In this document: piece after piece, positions 20,905-31,033 of the stretch | Layout: each line of letters begins with the position of its first letter | Numbering within the stretch: position 1 is the stretch's first letter | IMG/VR virus record: IMGVR_UViG_2881214049_000001 | Origin: a virus | Length of the DNA: 64,000 bases | Reading direction: 5' to 3' (one strand) | Translations under genes and position numbers: made by a program | The notes under the pieces: generated by a model | The model's input: the letters and a program-made list of their open reading frames with translations, nothing else | Database searches by the model: none | What the model was told of the DNA's origin: nothing

Positions 20905-22878
20905 TTAGTTTTGTTGTTTGCTGTTAAGGTTGCCTAAGCGACCGCCATACCAACGCATTAAAACACGCATACCAGTATTAAACTTACCTGTTGCAGGCAA
21001 GCCCTTGTACAGACGCGATGTTTCTTCCCATACACCGTTTCCTTGAATACATGACTCTCTATCTACGTGTGCTTCGTTTGGTATAGAGCATACTCCTTCA
21101 TCGTACATGCTAAATTCTGATAGGGCGCCGTTAGAAATAACATCAGCTGAGGTATAACCAATAAGGTCGGCTTCTTCTAAATACAGGTAGCGCTGTGTTG
21201 TTAGACCTGAAGGTACCGTGATCACGTATTCATAATCTTCCGATACAGCAACTTGCTCGTAGGTATTGATGATGGCATTTGAATCCGGGCTATCATCGCC
21301 TGCTGTTTGTTCTTCAGAAGGGCGATGCACGTCAGACTCTCGTACAATAAAGTAATTACTGGTGCTAACACGCTCATGATAAACACCATAAATGCAGAAC
21401 AATGGGCAAAAGCTCTTTGATTGGTCAACTAACGGTGTGCCGGTGTCTTTATCTACCAAGCGTTGTGTTGCAAACCAGCTAAAACGGTGACCATCATTTG
21501 TTTCATATTGGTCTACTGCTTGGTCCCACGTTGCCAGCACAATACCATGATCGCTCACTGTGAGTGCATAAGACATCGGAACGTTACGAGCGCCTTCTTT
21601 AGGGTCCATGGCCTCACCTTCTACATCGAAGGACTGATTGGTAACTGGCACTAAGTCATATTTTAGGTTATCGTAAAACTCAAGCCCCTTGTTTTTAGCA
21701 ACGTCAGGTGAACCTAGTACAACGCTCGGATCCTGCGGTGCATATTCTGTCAACTGTGGTGTCTTATTGAGTGCAGCAGAGGTATCTACGTCCCACTTCG
21801 CCCTGTAATTTGGCTTTGTTGAAGTACCGATGTTGATACTAATGATTTTATGGTAGGTAAACTCAGAGTAAAGGCTGAGTGGGAATTCAATTTCCAACTC
21901 TTGCTGAAGGCCAAACTCATCTCGTTTGGAATTTTCAATCGCTAAATTGAGTAAACTGGGAGGAACCTCACCTTCCACTTTAATGGTTGTGATAGAATCG
22001 CCATCAAAGTCTGTCAATGTTTTGCCTACAGGTGCGCGGAAATGTATTGTAAATTCTCGGCGCTCATAGACAGGATCTTCAAAACCCGCAGCACGATCAC
22101 CTGACGACTTAATATGAGGGTTCGTTCCCCCAGTACCGAATGTTGGATACGATGCGCCTAAATCCACTTCTTCTGGGTTCATTAACTCGAACCACTCGAC
22201 GTTTAAGTTATAAAGAATGTGGTTATTTTCATCAAAGGCACCACGAGGGAGCATGTTACGGCTGCCAGGAACCTTGAAAACACTGTCGGCTGCATGTGAT
22301 TTATTGATACAGTTCCACTCTAAGTTACCATATGGATCAATATCTTGAGTTTCTTTTATTTTGGTATGATAAATCGCACGGTTAATAAAGCCATAACGGT
22401 TTGACTGTGGTACAGCGCCATTACCATCATGTACGCGATTACCAATAAAGCCTAAGGTACCTCGGGTTTGGATATTAGAAATATTGCTCTCATCATACGA
22501 TGTATTTGGCGGAATATAAGGAATGGCTGGAGCTTTATCTTTGTCCATATCAATTTGCAGTGGTGTCGTCACATTGATATGACCCATGCCGTGGCCAATT
22601 TCTGAACGTGTGTCAAAGCGCACTACCCAAGGTTGAGGATTTGACTCATCTTCTGCACAGGCATCGACATGTTTGCTTGCTTGCACAATGATCACATCAT
22701 TGATTGGATTATCTGGGTTTTGATAGTCAAGCTCTGAAGTATCCTTTGGATACACAATATCGAATGCTTTTACTTGGTTGCTATTTTCCCGTGTTAGGTC
22801 TTGTACAATAGATAAGAACATTTCCCGGGGTGTGGCGAACCCTCCGCGTGTTACGGAATAAGGTGAAAATTCTGACAT
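20905..22878 (-). CDS. Paralog family member (pair 3, first gene; 657 aa with a large insertion)
   Basis: FSWFATQRLVD...PLFCIYGV...FIVRESDV...EADLIGYTSADVIS; N-terminus FSPYSVTRGG. Confidence 0.75.
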   Translation of the reverse strand: MSEFSPYSVTRGGFATPREMFLSIVQDLTRENSNQVKAFDIVYPKDTSELDYQNPDNPINDVIIVQASKHVDACAEDESNPQPWVVRFDTRSEIGHGMGHINVTTPLQIDMDKDKAPAIPYIPPNTSYDESNISNIQTRGTLGFIGNRVHDGNGAVPQSNRYGFINRAIYHTKIKETQDIDPYGNLEWNCINKSHAADSVFKVPGSRNMLPRGAFDENNHILYNLNVEWFELMNPEEVDLGASYPTFGTGGTNPHIKSSGDRAAGFEDPVYERREFTIHFRAPVGKTLTDFDGDSITTIKVEGEVPPSLLNLAIENSKRDEFGLQQELEIEFPLSLYSEFTYHKIISINIGTSTKPNYRAKWDVDTSAALNKTPQLTEYAPQDPSVVLGSPDVAKNKGLEFYDNLKYDLVPVTNQSFDVEGEAMDPKEGARNVPMSYALTVSDHGIVLATWDQAVDQYETNDGHRFSWFATQRLVDKDTGTPLVDQSKSFCPLFCIYGVYHERVSTSNYFIVRESDVHRPSEEQTAGDDSPDSNAIINTYEQVAVSEDYEYVITVPSGLTTQRYLYLEEADLIGYTSADVISNGALSEFSMYDEGVCSIPNEAHVDRESCIQGNGVWEETSRLYKGLPATGKFNTGMRVLMRWYGGRLGNLNSKQQN

Positions 22879-23012
22879 GACTCATTTTCCTCGCTGTCTC
22901 TAGTCTCAGCACCATTACAGTTAGCTCTGTAACTGTTGTACAGTGTGCTTGTATTGTACAACAGTTTTGAACAAAATGGCGAATGCTCAATAACGATTAT
23001 TAAGCTGTTTAA

Positions 23013-24344
23013 TTACTGATTTTCCCCGGTGTCTGGGGCGTCACAATCTATTTCAGTTAACATTAATACAGTCATATTGGTATTATGGCTGCTGTTTGGT
23101 GTTAATGCGGTATATTTGCGATAACGTTTGGCGCTTGTATCACCTTCGTTATACACATTAACTTTAATAGTAAGCTGTGGTGCTATTACGTCGGCTGATG
23201 TGTATGCCACCATATCCATGTCATGCTGATAGCGAAAACGCTTTGTATTCAGTCTATTAGGATAAAGGATAACGTATTTGGCACCAGCTAAGGTAAATGC
23301 GCCTGCGTTTGTTGCTTCTGAACTCGCTCGATATTCAACTCGAGTTTGCTGCTGCACTTCGTTTACCCAAGCATTTGAGTCTCGGGTGTTCAGCGTCGCA
23401 TCTTCGGCGTATGTTGGCTTTAATACGTCTTTTTCTCGTACCGTAAATTTTTGAATAATGCCCGGTAGCGAGCTTAAAGATACAGGTTGCGTTCTACCTA
23501 AAGGTACCTGTCCATCCATGTCCATGGTGTAGATTTCACCATCTTGTGTGGTACCAAAATTATCATAAATGTATTTATTATAGATTCCGTATAAGCAAAA
23601 AATGGGGTTACGAGAGCCCAGCGGATCTGCATCTTGCAAGTTGTTGCCAGACTTTTGATCCACAGGCCTTTGTAGCACCATCCAACTTTGTGTTGGCGAG
23701 TCTCCAGCTGATTGGTCGTCTGATTCTACCCAGTACGCAAAAGAAAACCCTCTATCTGTGATGGATAGTCGGTATGACATTGGGTAAGCTCGAAGCATCC
23801 CCTCAAATTCGCGCACGTCAATAAAGTAGAGCGTTGATACGTTAAAGCCGTGGCTTGGCTGCGGCGGCTTTGTCGTCGCGTTAGCTGCCGATGATTTGTT
23901 TAGTGGGATCACATCACGGTAATTGTGCGGAACAGTGTGTGGTGATTCACCAACATGACCGCAAGTGTAGCCGCGCAAATTCGGAATGGCTTCCTCAAAG
24001 TCCTCACCCAGTTGTAGTGGCGTCGCCATTTGAATTTCACAAGTGTATTGTGTATCTGCGTATACCCTGATGCGATAAGGTTCTTCATCGTTGAGTGAAT
24101 TTGTCGCAGTCGTTGACTCAAGTACAGCCATAATAGGCTGAGGATTATTTGGGTCGAACTCGATAGGGGTGCGGGTGATCCGTTTATAGCCGTTTTCGAC
24201 CATCACTTGTAACCAGTTGCTGACAAGCTCACGGACATCAGTGAAGCCATCACGGGTAACGGTCGTGACGAAATGCTCTCCACCATTGGCCAAGCTCGCT
24301 GGTAAATTCGAAGTGTAAATATCACCATTTATTGTAAGTGGCAT
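23013..24344 (-). CDS. Paralog family member (pair 2, second gene)
   Basis: SWMVLQRPVD...PIFCLYGI...FTVREKDV...DMDMVAYTSADVI. Confidence 0.75.
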   Translation of the reverse strand: MPLTINGDIYTSNLPASLANGGEHFVTTVTRDGFTDVRELVSNWLQVMVENGYKRITRTPIEFDPNNPQPIMAVLESTTATNSLNDEEPYRIRVYADTQYTCEIQMATPLQLGEDFEEAIPNLRGYTCGHVGESPHTVPHNYRDVIPLNKSSAANATTKPPQPSHGFNVSTLYFIDVREFEGMLRAYPMSYRLSITDRGFSFAYWVESDDQSAGDSPTQSWMVLQRPVDQKSGNNLQDADPLGSRNPIFCLYGIYNKYIYDNFGTTQDGEIYTMDMDGQVPLGRTQPVSLSSLPGIIQKFTVREKDVLKPTYAEDATLNTRDSNAWVNEVQQQTRVEYRASSEATNAGAFTLAGAKYVILYPNRLNTKRFRYQHDMDMVAYTSADVIAPQLTIKVNVYNEGDTSAKRYRKYTALTPNSSHNTNMTVLMLTEIDCDAPDTGENQ

Positions 24345-24358
24345 CGATAACTCTCCTG

Positions 24359-25732
24359 TTAGTAAGTGCCAGCGCTAGAGCCAGGCACAACGTCGGTCTG
24401 ACCCACGTTGTCTTGTGTTGTGATAGCCGTGTTGTACCAGCGCATGAGAATGCGTACGCCGGTGTTATATTTGCCCGTGGAGCGCAACCCTTTGTATCGC
24501 TTTTTACTGCCATCATCGTACATGGACAACTCAGCAATACCGTCTTGAGAAATAATATCGGCTGAGCAGTAACTGATCATGTCCATCTCTTCAAGATACA
24601 AATAACGTTGGGTGTTGATCCCACTTGGTACGGATACGACATATTCGTAGTTTTCTGTGACAGAGATTTGTTCGTTAGGATTGATAAGTGCAACACTGTC
24701 TTGGGTGTTTTTGGTTGCATCTAAGTCCTCAGATGGACGGTGCACATCTGATTCTCGAACCACAAAATAACGTTTAATATTTTGAGTTTGGTTTTGAATA
24801 CCATACAAACACGCTAGTGGGCAGTGTGAATCGGCTTGATTTACAAGTGGTGTGCCGCTTTCTTTGTCTACGAGGCGTTGGCAAACAAACCAGCTGTGGC
24901 GGTGGCCTTTTGCATCATATTGATCTGTCGCTTCTTCCCAAATAGCCAATGCAATACCATGCTCACTAACGGACAGGGCATATGACATTGGAATATTAGG
25001 CGTGCCTGCAATGTTTACCTGAGCTGTGTCAGGGTACTTAGTTTCAAATTCTGTTTTAATATTGTAAAGCGGGCGACGACAGAAAAAGCCTTTGTCTTCA
25101 ATCTCTAGGCGCAGCTTATCATTTGGGTCACACCAAGCAACTTGCTTGTCTACAACGGGAACACGTTCGCCCAAGAAGCCCAAAGTGCCAACGACAATGG
25201 GTTCGTCACCTGTACCGCGGTTCGGTGGCGTATAGTCGTACATTTGCCAGTCTCCACTTGCAGGTTTGTACAACTGTAGTGGGGTAGAAATATTGATATG
25301 CAAGTTACCAACTTCAGGCGCATCGTTGTCGCGGTCTTCACGGCGATTGTTATGTGCTGGGGTGCATTGTTTGCCAACACCAGTATCGAAACGAATAATC
25401 CAAGGCTGAGGGATGATCTCAGTACCTTGTGCCTTAAAAGTTGGATCCGCGCCAGCTAAAGGATCGACAAACCCCGTCGCTTGTACAACAAATACGTCGC
25501 TATCAATTGACTCCGGATCACCCAAATCTGGGTTATCTGCGGGATATAAAAGTTCAAACGCATTCTGCGCTTCATCGGCAGCAGTTGGATGCTCATAATA
25601 ATTCACTAAATCTCGGACTACGGCTGTGATCAGGCTTTTTAACGTCGTGTATCCACCACGCTCGACTGAATAAGGCGCAAACTCCGCTTTTTTGACAAAA
25701 CCCATAAATTTCTCCGGATAGTCTGGGGCCAA
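24359..25732 (-). CDS. Paralog family member (pair 2, first gene)
   Basis: HSWFVCQRLVD...PLACLYGI...FVVRESDV...EMDMISYCSADII; FAPYSVERGG near the N-terminus. Confidence 0.75.
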   Translation of the reverse strand: MAPDYPEKFMGFVKKAEFAPYSVERGGYTTLKSLITAVVRDLVNYYEHPTAADEAQNAFELLYPADNPDLGDPESIDSDVFVVQATGFVDPLAGADPTFKAQGTEIIPQPWIIRFDTGVGKQCTPAHNNRREDRDNDAPEVGNLHINISTPLQLYKPASGDWQMYDYTPPNRGTGDEPIVVGTLGFLGERVPVVDKQVAWCDPNDKLRLEIEDKGFFCRRPLYNIKTEFETKYPDTAQVNIAGTPNIPMSYALSVSEHGIALAIWEEATDQYDAKGHRHSWFVCQRLVDKESGTPLVNQADSHCPLACLYGIQNQTQNIKRYFVVRESDVHRPSEDLDATKNTQDSVALINPNEQISVTENYEYVVSVPSGINTQRYLYLEEMDMISYCSADIISQDGIAELSMYDDGSKKRYKGLRSTGKYNTGVRILMRWYNTAITTQDNVGQTDVVPGSSAGTY

Positions 25733-25869
25733 TGCAAACTGGTCTCATTAATGCCTACTTTGCCTCTGCAAAGTGCGGTTCTAACTATTGTACAATTTAA
25801 AACGCTTCGATCGTACAATAATTAAGGTGTTTCACTACTGTGTTTCACAAAATCTCAATATGTAGCGCA

Positions 25870-26787
25870 TTATGTAATGCGAAACATAACGCTGACGCCG
25901 TTATTATCGGCTAATGTACTTACCATGGTGTGATAGTTCCTGCGCTCACCAAATACCTCAAGAGGTAGAGTGGCATTGGCGCTGACTAAATCCGTATTGG
26001 CAAAGCCAATCATATCGAATACACCATCATAGCTAAATCGTTCAGTAGAGAAATTATTAGGAAATTGAATAAAGTAATCCCTACTTTCTGAAATTTCTTT
26101 TAATTTCACTGTATGCATTGCGCTGTAACGATTGTATTGATCTGAAATCGCTGTTTGTGCAGGCGCGGGGACTGGAATGTCGCGCTCACGTACGAGCATC
26201 TGTTCAACGCTTGACTCATAGCGGTTGAATATACCGCTTAATGCAATCACCGGGTTATGCTCAGTTGGAATAGCAATGCCATTTTGCCATTCAACAGGCT
26301 TTTGTACGACTAGCCAAGATAGTTGACGGTTTAAACTGTTAACGACCGCATGCTCCCAAATTGCAAAAGCAAAGCCATGAGAATCGGCTGTGAAAAGCAC
26401 AGAAAAAGGCCGTGAATACTTAGCATCACCTTTAAGTCCTTCCCTTTGATGCCAATAGCCAACAGCATAACTTGTGTCTTTTGTATTAAGGCTACCTAGG
26501 TTTCTATTATATAGAGAGCCGTCAGGGTCTAACTGCATGGGCGTCACAATATTCATGCGCAGCGCTATGTCGTTAATCAGCTCAAAGCGCACGACCCAAG
26601 GCTGGTCTTTTGCATTGGCATCAAGTGTGACACGCGGCATCAAGTTAAGTACGCGGCCATTTTCCATTTTTTTATAAGTGAAATACATACTTGTTGATTC
26701 TATCAAGAAATCAAGTACTTGTGCCAAGTCCACTAAGCCATGTTTAAACTGATGGTACATATATTTTACCAGCCCTTTATATCGCAA
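25870..26787 (-). CDS. Paralog family member (pair 1, second gene; minimal core)
   Basis: SWLVVQKPVE...PVIALSGI...MLVRERDI...FDMIGFANTDLVS. Confidence 0.7.
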   Translation of the reverse strand: MRYKGLVKYMYHQFKHGLVDLAQVLDFLIESTSMYFTYKKMENGRVLNLMPRVTLDANAKDQPWVVRFELINDIALRMNIVTPMQLDPDGSLYNRNLGSLNTKDTSYAVGYWHQREGLKGDAKYSRPFSVLFTADSHGFAFAIWEHAVVNSLNRQLSWLVVQKPVEWQNGIAIPTEHNPVIALSGIFNRYESSVEQMLVRERDIPVPAPAQTAISDQYNRYSAMHTVKLKEISESRDYFIQFPNNFSTERFSYDGVFDMIGFANTDLVSANATLPLEVFGERRNYHTMVSTLADNNGVSVMFRIT

Positions 26788-26811
26788 TACGTTTCATGGT
26801 TTGTCATGCTG

Positions 26812-27894
26812 CTATCCTGTGGCCAATAACCAGTTGTAACTTTCATCATGCACCGAGCGAACATGCTCTTTTATCTCTGGTCCATTGATATAAATCAGAA
26901 TAATGGTGCCGGTCGAATCTTGGGCGTGATTCAATACTGTTTTAAAGCGGCGACTTTGCTTCTCGTAAAAGACCTGAGAAAATTCAACGTTTTGTAAACT
27001 TCCAAATAAGCGAGCCTCACTGTAGGCAATCAGATCGAGGACATGTTTGTAGCGATAACGGCGCGTATTCAAATTGTGGGGAAAAAATACTTTTGCGGTA
27101 TTATCATCAGTAAAATAGTTAACTTCAGCGTCTTGATGAGGCAAAATCGCATTGTCCATGTGCTTAAATCGCCAAGCCGGTTGGCTTTTAGTCGGTACGT
27201 ACACGTCGGCCTCCCGTACTACAAACTTGTTTCTTACATGACCAAAACCATTTTTTATTTCATATGCTGCGAATACTGGCGACATTTCACTTACCAGCGG
27301 CTCGCCCGATTCTGGATCAACAGGGCGTTGTACACAAAGCCAACTAAACCAGCTTGCATTATTACTGTTTATTTGCGTTGCATCATCAAAAGTTTCTTCG
27401 TATGAAAAAAATACAAAGCCGCGCTCGGTTAACGTAAGTATATACCCCATTGGATACGCTGGAGCTGCTTTTCTCAGGTACGTTCTATCAACAAATGGGA
27501 TCCCTGAGTTACCAATATCAGACCCGATGACACCAACATGATCCCAACCCACTAACCGTTCAAACTGACCCTGCACCTCTGTGAGCATTGCGGTGTCGGG
27601 AAGCTGCAACTTTGGCGCCACATATAATCTGGCTTCATTCCAACTAACTTTAAACATAACGCGCCAACTATACTGGTTGCCAGCCAGCATGGCGTTACCC
27701 TCAGGCAGTACTTCAAGTAAGCACGAGAACGGGGCGTCATCTTCAAGTAATTTGGGGTGAATGATTTGATCATTATCCAGCTGCTGTATCGAGACTGACT
27801 GAAATTTTCCAGACTCGACCATGTCAATCACCACATCTTTTAACATATTGACGTGTGATTTGTAGCCACTGCGGTTAAACGACATACCTGACAT
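26812..27894 (-). CDS. Paralog family member (pair 1, first gene)
   Basis: FSWLCVQRPVD...PVFAAYEI...FVVREADV...LDLIAYSEA. Confidence 0.72.
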   Translation of the reverse strand: MSGMSFNRSGYKSHVNMLKDVVIDMVESGKFQSVSIQQLDNDQIIHPKLLEDDAPFSCLLEVLPEGNAMLAGNQYSWRVMFKVSWNEARLYVAPKLQLPDTAMLTEVQGQFERLVGWDHVGVIGSDIGNSGIPFVDRTYLRKAAPAYPMGYILTLTERGFVFFSYEETFDDATQINSNNASWFSWLCVQRPVDPESGEPLVSEMSPVFAAYEIKNGFGHVRNKFVVREADVYVPTKSQPAWRFKHMDNAILPHQDAEVNYFTDDNTAKVFFPHNLNTRRYRYKHVLDLIAYSEARLFGSLQNVEFSQVFYEKQSRRFKTVLNHAQDSTGTIILIYINGPEIKEHVRSVHDESYNWLLATG

Positions 27895-28159
27895 AGTTTA
27901 CTCGTTATATAGGCTGCTTTGACAAGCTAACACATAGAGGTCCGCAAAATGGACGGGTAAAGCGCAAAGTTGTGTATTACATGTTTCACGTGTGGACATC
28001 ATACAGGCCCCATAGTTCTCATTATTCACCGCTTGGTGTCGGTGTAGTCTCAGTTGTACAATAGAGTATACCAAGAGTCTTTGTCACTGAACAGCTTATC
28101 ATCGCTGTTAAACACCTATTGCTGTTTTTATTGCAAAAGGTAATTGCTTCACCAAGCTG

Positions 28160-28444
28160 TCAGTTTTTATGTGTAAAGCTAACGACAGTCGCCTCTATTG
28201 CTTCTTTTAAATACGCTGTAATAGAGGTGTTTTTCTTTACTGACAATATATTTGCAACCTGTTCATATAAGGCATATTGGTCTGTATCAAATAAGTTCAT
28301 GATTCTATTGTATAATGTGTCAATTAATTCGAACTCATGCTGCTTTAGTAAAGGCGCACAATCACTCAGCGCTTGCAACACGGATGTCCGAGCCACGTAA
28401 TACGTACGGGTACCTTGTTTACCTCTGTTTGTGAGCTGATCCAT
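28160..28444 (-). CDS. Hypothetical protein (~94 aa)
   Basis: ATG 28444 directly after the upstream stop at 28447. Confidence 0.55.
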   Translation of the reverse strand: MDQLTNRGKQGTRTYYVARTSVLQALSDCAPLLKQHEFELIDTLYNRIMNLFDTDQYALYEQVANILSVKKNTSITAYLKEAIEATVVSFTHKN

Positions 28445-28446
28445 CG

Positions 28447-29031
28447 TTAACTCGCCATTCTGGTATTCGTATTTTGTTGTATGTTCAGTGCGTAACGCCA
28501 CAGCCACTGGTATGTTGAATAATGCAAAATGCCCAGATCTAAGCATTGTTTTAGCTCATACTGTAAGTTAATCAATGACGGCTCACCTAAAAAAGCGTGC
28601 AATACTGTTGAGGAGTCGATGATTGCGCCTGCTTTGTCTTTCGCTGGGGTCACAAAGCGACAGTCAATTCCATTTTGCTGATATTCACTAAATTTACCGC
28701 ATGCACTCAGGCTTGATGTTAGCAATACCTTTTTCCCACTGGTGTTTGACTGAATGAGTTCAATGCAATCGCTATTGCTACTTTGTGCATCTGGCTGAAC
28801 GAACTTTAAAGCTGGTACATAAACTTGAGAGGCGCACCATCGCTCGATCATTTCTTGGCTTTGAGCTTGTGTCCATAAATGCTTTGGGGAAGCGGTGCTA
28901 TTATGGTGGCGTAAAATAATCAGCGTATTATCTGCTTGATGCCTAGCTAAATTTAATAAGTTAATGTGGCCCATAGTAAGGGGAACAGGTTCTAAGGGCA
29001 CAATAGACCAATCATAATCATTATATGTCAT
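28447..29031 (-). CDS. Nucleotidyltransferase of the NMNAT/NadM (HxGH, cytidylyltransferase-like) family, divergent
   Basis: PVPLTMGHINLLNLARHQADNTLIIL...SPKHLWTQAQSQEMI parallels GRFQPFHxGH...AD.VIV.IGS...PRNPFT..ER..MI. Confidence 0.6.
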   Translation of the reverse strand: MTYNDYDWSIVPLEPVPLTMGHINLLNLARHQADNTLIILRHHNSTASPKHLWTQAQSQEMIERWCASQVYVPALKFVQPDAQSSNSDCIELIQSNTSGKKVLLTSSLSACGKFSEYQQNGIDCRFVTPAKDKAGAIIDSSTVLHAFLGEPSLINLQYELKQCLDLGILHYSTYQWLWRYALNIQQNTNTRMAS

Positions 29032-29166
29032 AGTTCAGTGTCTCATACTTCCAGTCTCAAGTTGGCGATACAAAATTGCCTTAGTCAAAAACACGTTGAT
29101 AGGTACAATTTTCAAGCATATTATCAAATTACCACAGAGAAACAAGGTCTTGGTATTTACGCTTAC

Positions 29167-29808
29167 TCACCCAATCGCATGATGCCAGCGAGATTGCTCT
29201 TGTAGTCTACGCTTCGTGTTTTTTAGCATCAACCGTCCCTCATATACGAGTAACTTTCCGTCCATTGAGACGGGAAAGTCTTGCAATGTAAAGGCGCGCC
29301 TAGAGCGGCCAATGGCAAGTAAAGAGTAGCTTACTAGTAGGTCTAAAAATAAAACATCGTCATAGGAAATCGAAGGTAAATTGCATGTCGTTACTCGATT
29401 GTTTTCATCAAACATGATATCAGTAATGTCATGAAAATAGAGTGCTGTTACGTCGTATTTTCCTGCTGAACCGGCTATAAAAAGGGTTGGCTCTTGGTAT
29501 TCCCAAACCGGAGGCTTATTGATGATTGAGCGGCCATAAACTAACTCTGCTATGGCGCTCTCATGGTCTAATGGAGTAACATTAGAAACCCAGTTTGGCC
29601 TGCCCAAAGGTGACGTAGTAAAGTCATATGTCTTGTCACAGTCAACGATAAGGCGTTTTGATTGCGGGCAATATTTGTTGTAAATACCCAAGGCACGCTT
29701 CACGATGAGGTGAAATTGATGCTTGTCAATTTGGGTCATTTCTAAGTCGCCCATAATGAATCCACCGGTTTCGATCATGACGTAGTCAATTAACTCTTCA
29801 AGATACAT
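29167..29808 (-). CDS. Neck protein (T4 gp13-like)
   Basis: LEELIDYVMIETGG...QFHLIVKRALGIYNKY parallels the gp13 N-terminus; LAIGRSR and DGKLLVYEG near the C-terminus; GGAG RBS at 29808. Confidence 0.7.
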   Translation of the reverse strand: MYLEELIDYVMIETGGFIMGDLEMTQIDKHQFHLIVKRALGIYNKYCPQSKRLIVDCDKTYDFTTSPLGRPNWVSNVTPLDHESAIAELVYGRSIINKPPVWEYQEPTLFIAGSAGKYDVTALYFHDITDIMFDENNRVTTCNLPSISYDDVLFLDLLVSYSLLAIGRSRRAFTLQDFPVSMDGKLLVYEGRLMLKNTKRRLQEQSRWHHAIG

Positions 29809-30043
29809 ACCAAGTACTCCAATTGATTGTAAAGACACTATAATTGAAGCTCACTAATGAGTGAGTTTCTGACGCTGATGTTACACCCGCGCTTACTAAA
29901 GTGTGTTAGTGGCCGTTATCAAAAAGCCAAGGGGCTTAATATTTAACAGCGATGAAGTTGTAATTGTACAATACAAGTTGTAACAGGAAAATAAGAGAAT
30001 TGGGTCAGCCAAACTCTGATATTGTACAATATTTATGTATTGA

Positions 30044-30571
30044 TTAATTATTTCCGATTGCTAACTTGAAAAGTCGCTCTATGATATGTTCATCTGGGTA
30101 GGCATCTCCACATCTATCTGAGAATGCAAGTGCGATTTCCTGAATCAATATCAGCTGCTCGGTTTTTATCTCATTGTGAGAAAGCCCTAATTTGGACATC
30201 ATTTGGTGCGTTACGACACTAAACTTCAAAATATCCACCGGTTTTCGTTCAACTTTTCTTCGCTCACCATATTCCCAATACAGTAGATCTACTTGTAAGA
30301 TCTGAGCAAAATGCACTCTATCTTCAGCTTTTCGAGGCAAAACATCCTCTTTTAGCCACTTTGCAGCGGCTGAGAAGGAGATATCAGCAGCATCTCTAAC
30401 CACAGAAGTTCTGCCGTGGCCGGGCTCTTTCCATCGTTTCTTATTCTTATCCAACATTTCATTGAGGCGGGCTGACGGTCCATTTGGGCTTTTTAACCCC
30501 AGATTTTGGTGATCTTTATAGTATAGTTCTGTCAACTTTAGTGGCTCCGAACGAAAAACATTGCTTAACAC
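30044..30571 (-). CDS. XRE/cI-like helix-turn-helix regulator
   Basis: RLNEML...DISFSAAAKWLKEDVLP...FAQILQVDLLYWEYG matches the cI N-terminal HTH pattern; no obvious S24 autopeptidase domain. Confidence 0.65.
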   Translation of the reverse strand: MLSNVFRSEPLKLTELYYKDHQNLGLKSPNGPSARLNEMLDKNKKRWKEPGHGRTSVVRDAADISFSAAAKWLKEDVLPRKAEDRVHFAQILQVDLLYWEYGERRKVERKPVDILKFSVVTHQMMSKLGLSHNEIKTEQLILIQEIALAFSDRCGDAYPDEHIIERLFKLAIGNN

Positions 30572-31033
30572 TTAAAGTGCAAAAAGCTGCTGCAATCATA
30601 CAGCCGTTACAGTTGAAACGCCATAGAGTGCGTCGCTCTAATTCAGCTTTAAGTATGATTTTAATAATATTAAATCATTCATTAGTAAGGTTTTTTTTAT
30701 TTCCGTTTTGCTGGTTTGAAAAATAACACCTTGAATTAATAGCACTTTAAATACATTTATCAAGATTTATAATTATATAAAACTGGATAATAGGCGTGGT
30801 AATTTATCTAAAATGTGAATTGCGTCAAATGCTTTTATTCGCCTACATTTGCTATATATCAACACAACTCTAACAAAAAGTGTGCTAAAACATGTTTTCA
30901 GATCGATAAGTGAAGAATTGTATATGACGCAACAGATTGAGCTTGAATCAATCACACTTTGAGTGTAATGTTTTATAGCGCGGGGAAATGTTAGTCGTTG
31001 TAATACTAGGCAATCTAAGGCGCCTATAAAGAA

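Noticed and set aside
27982-27998. Canonical parS-like TGTTTCACGTGTGGACA
   Set aside because: Only the first 11 bases match TGTTTCACGTGAAACA; the right arm needs a bulge plus mismatches; single copy far from parB. Kept only as a weak lead.
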